Positions 8,623 through 15,326 of a stretch of 64,000 nucleotides of DNA are shown in pieces (position 1 is the stretch's first letter; the number at the start of each line of letters is the position of its first letter). The translations under genes were made by a program, and so were the position numbers. This stretch comes from an uncultured bacterium. Lineage in GTDB: Bacteria > Planctomycetota > GCA-002687715. Under the pieces are notes generated by a model. The model did no database searches. It had not been told where the DNA came from and saw nothing but the letters and a program-made list of their open reading frames with translations. The stretch lies in assembly GCA_902826835.1 (NCBI GenBank), contig CADEGH010000003.1, forward strand, positions 266,083 to 330,082, in the 5' to 3' direction.

Positions 8623-9875
8623 CCGAGTCGATCTCCCCCGAGCGCGGCCGCCACGCGGACGGCGCTTTGCACACCGTCTTCGTGGAACCCGTAACCGAAG
8701 TAGGCTCCGGCGAAGGAGGTCCGGTTTTGGTTGATGAGCTTTCCGTGCTCACGCTGCGCCGCGAGCGCGCGGGCGCGATACGCGGGGTGTCGGTAGTGGA
8801 AGCGACGCACCACCTTCGACTCCGCCAGACGCTGGCCGGCATTCAGAGAAACGAGCCAGGGAGTGGATTGCGGAAGCCCTTGCAGGAGATTCATCGAGTA
8901 CGTGCAGATCGGGATCGCCTCCGAATCGCGAGGCAAGAAGGAATTCCACGCGGAGACCGCGCGCTTCGCACGAGGCAGGATGCCATCATCCTGATGCAAG
9001 GTCACGTCGTTCCCGGTGTAGGGGAAGGCCTGGAGGATACGACGCTCATCGTCGGAAGGATGATCGAGAAGACGCAGGGCATCGTCGGCATGGCACGCCA
9101 GAATCACATGGTCCGCCCGAACCGGAGGCTGACCGGCAAATTCCAGGACAACATGATCTGGAAGCCGCCGTACCCTCGTGACCTCGTGCTGCGTGCGGAT
9201 CTCGCTCGCGAGGGTGCGCCGGAGTGCCTGCACGTACTGGTCAGAACCACCCTGCACCGTCCGCCACTGCGGCCGGTCGTTGCCCGCCTGCAGCATGCGG
9301 TGGTTGTTCAAGAACCCGAGCAGAAAGTGCGCGGGGAACTCCATCAGAGTGTGCGCTGGACAAGACCAAAGCGCGGAACCGAGCGGCACCAGGTAGTCGC
9401 GCACGAAGCGCTCGCTGAAGCGATGCTCGCCGACCAGATCTCCGACCGACCGGTCGTCGCGCCCCGTGGCCAAGTCCTGCCCCCCGACCTCGTGAAAGCG
9501 GACGATCTCCTTCAAGAACCTCAGGTAGGACCAGTCCAAGAGGCGCCGCTTCTGCGCGAAGAGGGCGCGGACATCGGTGCCGCCATACTCGAGGCCCGTC
9601 GCCTCGCTCCTCACCCCGAAGCTCATGGTGGTGGGTCTCGAGGCCACCCCCAACTGCTTCAAGAGCGCGGTGAATCCCGGGTAGTTGTGCTCATTGAACA
9701 CGATGAAACCGGTGTCCACGCGCGCGGCGGATCCATCCCGGTTCGCGACTCCCACCGTATGCACATGGCCGCCCACCCGGCTGTCCGCCTCAAAAACCGT
9801 GACCCGATGCCCACCCGCCAGCAGGTAGGCCGCCACGAGGCCCGAGACTCCGGATCCGACAACCGCGACGTCCAT
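8619..9875 (-). CDS. NAD(P)/FAD-dependent oxidoreductase (amine-oxidase / desaturase-like); first gene of the operon
   Basis: MDVAVVGSGVSGLVAAYLLAGGHRVTVFEA dinucleotide-binding N-terminus. This is the conserved partner of DUF1365 and CFA synthase genes. Confidence 0.82.
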   Translation of the reverse strand: MDVAVVGSGVSGLVAAYLLAGGHRVTVFEADSRVGGHVHTVGVANRDGSAARVDTGFIVFNEHNYPGFTALLKQLGVASRPTTMSFGVRSEATGLEYGGTDVRALFAQKRRLLDWSYLRFLKEIVRFHEVGGQDLATGRDDRSVGDLVGEHRFSERFVRDYLVPLGSALWSCPAHTLMEFPAHFLLGFLNNHRMLQAGNDRPQWRTVQGGSDQYVQALRRTLASEIRTQHEVTRVRRLPDHVVLEFAGQPPVRADHVILACHADDALRLLDHPSDDERRILQAFPYTGNDVTLHQDDGILPRAKRAVSAWNSFLPRDSEAIPICTYSMNLLQGLPQSTPWLVSLNAGQRLAESKVVRRFHYRHPAYRARALAAQREHGKLINQNRTSFAGAYFGYGFHEDGVQSAVRVAAALGGDRLG

Positions 9876-9880
9876 GTCAA

Positions 9881-9924
9881 AAGATACGAAGCCCGCCCGT
9901 CAATGTCCAGAATATTTTTTGGAC
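9881..9924 (-). promoter_or_regulatory. Putative promoter plus palindromic operator of the FAD-oxidoreductase...photolyase operon
   Basis: Minus-strand reading: GTCCA-aaaaatattc-TGGACA, then a 17-nt spacer, then TATCTT, then 5 nt (ttgac), then ATG at 9875. The -35-like TGGACA lies inside the palindrome GTCCA-N10-TGGAC (9905-9924). There is no Shine-Dalgarno sequence, so the mRNA may be leaderless. Confidence 0.5.
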
Positions 9925-10079
9925 GTACGGCAAGGGTGGACCAGAACCCCGGAACTCTCACCTCCCGCGCGCTGCCACCCCCAAATGGGCATTCCCCCCT
10001 TATGCTGACGGGTGCGGATTGGCCGTGCAGGCCGGTCCCGTCGTTTTCCTGACGCTCTCGAGAACTTGGAGTCGCCACG

Positions 10080-11267
10080 ATGTGCGCAAGGATCCTGCTC
10101 ACCGCGTTGGGTTTTTGCCGGTTGGCGTGCGCCCAGCCTTGGCTGGATGCCTACGACCCCACCGTCGTTCGAGTCTTCAACTTTTCCCTCTCGGGCGCCG
10201 ACTGGACGCTCATCAAGTCCGACCCGACATTCGAGATCGAAGTGCCCGCGATGTTCTCGGAGGCGGGAGAGGCGCCCATTCTTGTCGGTCTTCGACGCAA
10301 GTCGGGTACCGCCCTTGGACCCACGGGCCAGAAGATCAGCCTGAAGGTCGACATCAATCAGTTTGTGGCAGGGCAGTCGTGGCGAGGAATGAAGAAGCTC
10401 AGTCTCGAAAACGGCGACGACGAGGACGTCCTGGCCGAAGGCATGGGATGGCTCTTGCACCGCCTCGCCGCTCTGCAACTCACGGGAAGCTGGATTCCCA
10501 CCTCCGGCATTTATCGCCCGGGAATGGCGGCGTGGTGTGCGGTAGTCGTGAACGGCGAATACCTGGGCTGCTACGTCAACGTCGAACAGCCCGACAAGTC
10601 TTTCCTCCAGAATCGCGGGATGTGGACTCCCGGGGCGAGCTGGCTCTACAAAGTCGACGATCCGGCCTTGGTGACCCGCGAAGAGGGGACCGGCGACAGC
10701 CCCGCCTTTCAATGCCTGTGCTTCAGTCCTTTCGAGAGTCCGGCCCCATGCCCCGCCCCATCGGCAACGACCCTGGAGAGCCTCGTCGCCGGACAAGTCG
10801 ATATGACGGCCTGGATGCACTACGCCGCGGTCAGCGCCTTCCACGGGGGCTCCGACCAGCTCTTTACCCACGGGAAGAACTGCTTTTTCTGCGATCGCCT
10901 CGGATTGCCCCGCATGTATTTGCCGTGGGACTTGGACAGTGTGTTCAAGGCGAGCCGCGTGAACTCCGGCATCTACGGACAAATCACTCCCACCGGACTC
11001 ATCCAGACCCTGTACCAGCAGGTCATCATCAACCACCCGACCTTCCGCGCGGAGTTCAACTCCACGGTCGATGCCCTGTTGGCGGGATACCTGAGCGCGG
11101 CCACGCTCAACGCCGTCGTCACCCATATCCAGGTCTACACGGCGGTTCCCCTCGCGATCCAGCTCGACCCGAACGGGAACCTCTCCGGATCCTCCACTGC
11201 GCGCTTCCAATCCCTTCGCACCTGGATCTCTCAACGTGCCGCCAACATTGCGGCTCAAACGCCTTAG
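10080..11267 (+). CDS. Secreted CotH-kinase-family protein
   Basis: Signal peptide MCARILLTALGFCRLACAQP. CotH-like layout (..ISLKVDINQF..MKKLSLENGDDEDVLAEGMGWLLHR..YVNVEQPDKSFL..). Assigned from memory of the family pattern only. Confidence 0.55.
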   Translation: MCARILLTALGFCRLACAQPWLDAYDPTVVRVFNFSLSGADWTLIKSDPTFEIEVPAMFSEAGEAPILVGLRRKSGTALGPTGQKISLKVDINQFVAGQSWRGMKKLSLENGDDEDVLAEGMGWLLHRLAALQLTGSWIPTSGIYRPGMAAWCAVVVNGEYLGCYVNVEQPDKSFLQNRGMWTPGASWLYKVDDPALVTREEGTGDSPAFQCLCFSPFESPAPCPAPSATTLESLVAGQVDMTAWMHYAAVSAFHGGSDQLFTHGKNCFFCDRLGLPRMYLPWDLDSVFKASRVNSGIYGQITPTGLIQTLYQQVIINHPTFRAEFNSTVDALLAGYLSAATLNAVVTHIQVYTAVPLAIQLDPNGNLSGSSTARFQSLRTWISQRAANIAAQTP

Positions 11268-11286
11268 GTCTTCGGCACCCGGCTCT

Positions 11287-11317
11287 GCGGAGACGCCGTC
11301 CTATCGGAGGTCTCCGC
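11287..11317. terminator. 8-bp GC hairpin between convergent genes; possible bidirectional terminator
   Basis: gcggagac-N15-gtctccgc lies between the CotH stop (11267) and the TIR-PFK stop (11365). There is no flanking U-tract. Confidence 0.3.
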
Positions 11318-11364
11318 TGATTCGGTCCCAGATCGTTCCTGCACCGGACGAGTCTACACCCGTC

Positions 11365-13407
11365 TCAGGTCTGCTCGGCTTCGCTCTCTCCGGGGTAGGA
11401 GGAACCTACCGTCCGTGCACCGGAAGTCCCGGTAGCGGTCGAGCCCGACTCCTGGCCGGTGTTCGCAATCACCGACTTCCAGAAAATTCCGCTCGGCGGG
11501 ACGCGCTTGCGTCCGAGGACCACCAATTCGAGCGGAACCAACACGTACTCGGTGAGCCACTGGCTGACCATGAAATCGGTATACCCGGCCATCGCATTGT
11601 CGACCGCCAGGTTCCCCAGCCGACGGGCAAAAGTCACGTCGATGGAGCTCGGCTCCATACTGCGGATGAGATGGCGAGGTTCGTTGGAGAACACTCTGAA
11701 GCTGTTCCAATACGCATCGTGGGTGCCCTCTTTCCTGATCAAGAATTGGAGTCCAAAAGAAACCAATTTCAGCGCCGCAGAACGCAAGTCGTCAGGTGTC
11801 TGGCCAATCACCCGACGGCCGTTAGCGTCGAAATGCTGCACGGCCATAGTCTCAGCGGCGCTGAGGCGGGCAACCGTTACGTAGTTATTCCAATCCCGCG
11901 GGATGGCGGTCTCCGCCATCATCACCAGGCCGAAGGGCCGTCGCTGGGACTTTTTTCTTTCTTTGAGCTTTCCGATCAGTCCCTTCGCGATCTGAACCAA
12001 ATTGAAATCAACTTCCGGGATCAGGGCTGCATCGCAATCCCCGGAAGCGAGGGCCGCATGGGACACGACAAATCCCGAGTCCGACCCGAAGAGCTGCATC
12101 ACACACAACCTGGGGTTCGAAAAGCTCTCCTGGTGCAATTGCCTCGAGAATCGGGTTGCCATCTCCACGGCTGAGGCAAATCCAAAGGATTGCCAGACCC
12201 AGAGAATATCGTTGTCCATCGTCTTCGGAATGCCGACCACGGAGAGGCAGGAGCTCGTGTTCTCGGACGCACGGGTTGCCAAGGCGTGAGCCGCTCTCAT
12301 GCTCCCGTCGCCACCGATGACATAGAGAATGTCGATGTCTTGAAGAAAGCCGATGATCCGATCGAGGATCCTGATGCGATCGACGCCGCGGCTGTTCAAC
12401 AGTTCATCGAAACGCGCCGTGGCCACGCAAGATCCGGCAGTCCGAGCCAGCTCTTTGACCTTGGCATCCGTCCAGTCGACGATTTCGAAATTGTCCGCTC
12501 CATCGTGAAGTCCCTGAAAGCCCCCGTGGTACACCCGGATGAGCGCATCCTGGCCCGAATAGAGCCGATGGCGTTCGATCAAACTGGCGAGCACGGCATT
12601 GATGCCCGGCGCAATACCTCCGGAGACCACGATCGCGACGCGAACCCCCGGCCTTCCGCGGTGCGGAAGCGACAGTCGTCGGCGAGGCCGGGCTTCGAGA
12701 AAAGACAACTTGGAGGGAATGGACTGGCGGGCATCCACGGAAATCCGGGCTTCGGAATCGCCGTAGCTCCCAATGACAGACTCGTGGATTTGATTCTCGT
12801 ACCATGGGGGCACGCCCACCCGAGCGGAAGGCCAACTCGCCGGACATCCGAGGGTGACGAGATCGAGGCGGTGGCTCGCGATATCACCGCTCGTGGGATC
12901 GAACGCCTTGATCAAATCCTTCTCGTAGCCAAAAGGGTATCCTATCGGGAGCCCGTCGATCTCGACCCAAGGCGGAGGGGCTTTGTGAGAACCCCACAGC
13001 AAGGTCCAGACTTGGCGACCTACACCGCACCAAAATCCGGCGCCTCCCCCCTTGGCCAAGACGCGAGCCGCCGACAATTCCAGTGGCGCCAACGGCAACG
13101 TGAATGAAGGCAGATCCTCCGTCAGTTGAACAATGATGAAGCGTTTTTTTGTCTTGAGAACATGGCGGACCTCCGACTCTTGCGTGGCGCCCACCGTCTC
13201 TCCGAGCACGATCAGGACGGTTTCACAATCATCCAAGGCGCGTTGGACTTGCTCCGGCCATGTTCCAATCTTGCGATTCTCGATGAAAAAGTAGACCTCG
13301 ATGTGATCCTGCCGCCGAAGTTCTCGGACAAGCTGGGCGACGAGAGCTTCGTCGCCGAACCGATAAGAAACGAAAACTCGATGCAGCGGCTCAGTGGATT
13401 TCGACAT
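11365..13407 (-). CDS. Fusion protein: N-terminal TIR-like domain, about 150 aa of unknown sequence, and a C-terminal phosphofructokinase-family (PFK-like) domain
   Basis: 680 aa. N-terminus: VFVSYRFGDEALVAQL..IGTWPEQVQRALDDCETVLIVLGE (TIR_2-like pattern). PFK signatures: VVSGGIAPGINA, YVIGGDGS, GIPKTMDNDI, MMAET, and RHLIRSMEPSSID. The MGR motif is replaced by LFG. GC is lower than in neighbouring genes. Confidence 0.7.
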   Translation of the reverse strand: MSKSTEPLHRVFVSYRFGDEALVAQLVRELRRQDHIEVYFFIENRKIGTWPEQVQRALDDCETVLIVLGETVGATQESEVRHVLKTKKRFIIVQLTEDLPSFTLPLAPLELSAARVLAKGGGAGFWCGVGRQVWTLLWGSHKAPPPWVEIDGLPIGYPFGYEKDLIKAFDPTSGDIASHRLDLVTLGCPASWPSARVGVPPWYENQIHESVIGSYGDSEARISVDARQSIPSKLSFLEARPRRRLSLPHRGRPGVRVAIVVSGGIAPGINAVLASLIERHRLYSGQDALIRVYHGGFQGLHDGADNFEIVDWTDAKVKELARTAGSCVATARFDELLNSRGVDRIRILDRIIGFLQDIDILYVIGGDGSMRAAHALATRASENTSSCLSVVGIPKTMDNDILWVWQSFGFASAVEMATRFSRQLHQESFSNPRLCVMQLFGSDSGFVVSHAALASGDCDAALIPEVDFNLVQIAKGLIGKLKERKKSQRRPFGLVMMAETAIPRDWNNYVTVARLSAAETMAVQHFDANGRRVIGQTPDDLRSAALKLVSFGLQFLIRKEGTHDAYWNSFRVFSNEPRHLIRSMEPSSIDVTFARRLGNLAVDNAMAGYTDFMVSQWLTEYVLVPLELVVLGRKRVPPSGIFWKSVIANTGQESGSTATGTSGARTVGSSYPGESEAEQT

Positions 13408-13529
13408 AAGGATGTGAGGTTCGGACCGACCGCAAGAGAACCATCGCCCACACTCGGGCCGCGCAACGAGGGCCTGGCAACCCTGGGTGACCGTGATTCC
13501 CTGTCGGATGGCGAACTGATCCCGGGGTG

Positions 13530-13558
13530 ATTAGACCCGTACGTGGAACTGCTGTCAA
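13530..13558 (-). promoter_or_regulatory. Sigma70-type promoter for the TIR-PFK gene
   Basis: Minus-strand reading: TTGACA (13558-13553), 17-nt spacer, TCTAAT (13535-13530). This is about 120 nt upstream of the ATG at 13407. Confidence 0.5.
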
Positions 13559-14177
13559 GCGACCGCTGCATCCCGCAAGAACCCGGATCCGAGTCTCGAT
13601 TACCGGGACCATCCTCCTGCCAAAATGGTGGGTCATTCCAATGGGCCCGAAAAGAGTGGCCCTGTATTGGCAGTCAGTCGCCCCCGCTACCCTCCACAGG
13701 AAAGACCGGTGCGCTGGGCGCGGATTGTCACCTCTCCTGCTCGGGAAGCGAGAGAAAAACCACGGCTGGGACCCGAGGACTGAGTTCTACACCACGCTGC
13801 TCCGCTCTCCGCGCTGCCCCAGTTCAATCGTGATTCCGGGTCATGATGCCGGACGGAATTCGACCTTACCGCATTGCCATCGATCTCATGAGAAAAGGGA
13901 TGGAATTCACGCCCGCCATAGGCCAGGCCTCGACGAGGGCCGACATGCCATCGGGTTGGATTCGACTGCGGCCACCGCCCGGCATGTCCTACCGGGGGCG
14001 GGTGCTTGCGCCACCCCTCATCTGGGTGCTGCCGAGGGTGCTCCGAATCCTCGGAACTCGGCCATCAGGGAGAGCACCCACTGGTGCTCACGCGGGTTGA
14101 GGAGGCGAACAAGTCCGACGCGGCGATGGCCATCACTGCACGGCTACTCGGAGAGAGGCGAACTTGAACTCGCACGA

Positions 14178-14198
14178 TGTCCAGATAATTTAAAGAAC
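14178..14198 (+). promoter_or_regulatory. Third, degenerate copy of the TGTCCA-N10-xGxAC motif, immediately upstream of the SRPBCC gene
   Basis: tgtccagataatttaaagaac is 15/21 identical to the site at 9904-9924. It contains a GATAAT -10-like hexamer 11 nt before the ATG at 14201. No Shine-Dalgarno sequence. Confidence 0.35.
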
Positions 14199-14200
14199 AA

Positions 14201-14746
14201 ATGACCATCCAGGCTTCATCAGTGCCCACACGGGTTCCACCGCTCTCCAGGCAGCTGATACCCCCTATCACCTTCGCGGCGGACCCCGACTTCAGGGGGG
14301 CCTGGCGGCTCGACACCGCGATTTTTCTTCCGCTCACTCCGGAGGCGCTCTTTCCGTTTTTTGCCGACGCCCGGAACTTGGAGGAGATCACCCCGCCGTG
14401 GCTGCGGTTCGCGCTTGTCGATGCGCCGGCCGGACCCCTCGCGAGCGGAGCGCTCATCAACTACCGGTTGCGGATACGAGGGGTACCGATTCGTTGGCAA
14501 ACCCGGATCGATGATTGGGACCCCCCGCGTCGATTCACCGACGAACAGAAGAAGGGCCCCTACCGCCGCTGGCACCACGAGCACCGGTTCTTTTCGATGG
14601 AAGGTGGAACCCTCATGACCGATCGAGTTTCCTTCGCGGCGATCGGCGGCCCCTTGGTCCGCCGTTTTCTCATCGAGCCCGATCTGCGGCGGATCTTCAC
14701 CTACCGACACGAGCGCATCCGGGCTCGCTTCGGAGGCGCGGAATGA
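14201..14746 (+). CDS. SRPBCC-superfamily (cyclase/dehydrase-like) ligand-binding protein
   Basis: 181 aa. ..FPFFADARNLEEITPPWLRF..YRLRIRGVPIRWQTRIDDWDPPRRFTDEQKKGPYRRWHHEHRF.. is the typical SRPBCC pattern. Confidence 0.75.
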   Translation: MTIQASSVPTRVPPLSRQLIPPITFAADPDFRGAWRLDTAIFLPLTPEALFPFFADARNLEEITPPWLRFALVDAPAGPLASGALINYRLRIRGVPIRWQTRIDDWDPPRRFTDEQKKGPYRRWHHEHRFFSMEGGTLMTDRVSFAAIGGPLVRRFLIEPDLRRIFTYRHERIRARFGGAE

Positions 14747-15288
14747 GCGCGCTCGGAAGTCTCCCCGCGGCGGCGGCAACCCTCCCGGTTTTGGGTCGCA
14801 ATCTCCGCGACGGTTCGCTCCGAGACCAGCTCGACGAGCGCCCAACGCTCCTTCTCTTCGTGCGGCACTTCGGGTGAATCTTCTGCCGCGAGCAGGTGCG
14901 CGAGGTTCGCGCCCGCAGTGAGCGAGATCCCCAGTTCCCCCCCACCTTGATCGTGCATCCTTCGGACCAAGCTTCGGGCGAGGCTTTCTTCGCGGCCGAA
15001 TGGCCGGCCGCACGTTCGATCAGCGATCCCGATCTCGAAATCTTCGAGGCCTTCGCGTTCCGACGCGGTTCGATCGGCGCGCTGCTCGGCCCGAAGGTGC
15101 TCGCCGCTTCCATCCGAGCGATGCTGCGCGGCCACGGCATCGGAAGACCGCGCGGAGACATCCTGAGGGAAGCCGGGGCACTGATCCTCGATCGCTCCCG
15201 TGTCCTTTGGGAGCACCGACCGGCGCACATCGGGGTGCATCTCGATCTCGACGAAGTGGCCGGGATCGCGGCTCGCAGCGCAGGCTGA
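14743..15288 (+). CDS. AhpC/TSA_2 (PRXL2/SelU-like) thioredoxin-fold redoxin with an in-frame TGA at 14875-14877; candidate selenoprotein with a UxxC motif
   Basis: ORF-track ORFs 14515..14877 and 14896..15288 are in the same frame. The joined reading is ..RPTLLLFVRHFG-[TGA]-IFCREQVREVRA... The ATG at 14743 overlaps the SRPBCC stop (ATGA). A hairpin lies 21 nt downstream of the TGA. Confidence 0.6.
14895..14915 (+). promoter_or_regulatory. Candidate bacterial SECIS-like stem-loop
   Basis: gcgcga-GGU-tcgcgc (14898-14912). It can be extended by G95/G96 pairing with C913/C914, leaving U97 bulged. The apical loop contains GU and lies 27-29 nt from the UGA. Confidence 0.4.
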
Positions 15289-15326
15289 GTTGCCAGAACT
15301 CACGGGCTCGTAGACACTGCCCGCGC

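Noticed and set aside
13559-14177. RNase P RNA, tmRNA, tRNA-Sec or a cobalamin riboswitch in the unassigned region
   Set aside because: Fragments resemble conserved elements: AGAACCCGG, GGAAAGACCGG, GGAUUCGAC, a GUUCAAG loop on a 4-bp stem, and a B12-box-like ACAGGAAAGACCGGUGC. However, their order, spacing and complementary strands do not fit any of these RNA models when read by eye. An Infernal scan is needed to settle this.
15000-15326. N-terminal 109-aa extension of the 1515-aa ORF
   Set aside because: It overlaps the SelU-like gene in another frame and is Arg-rich. A clean signal peptide begins at the ATG at 15327.
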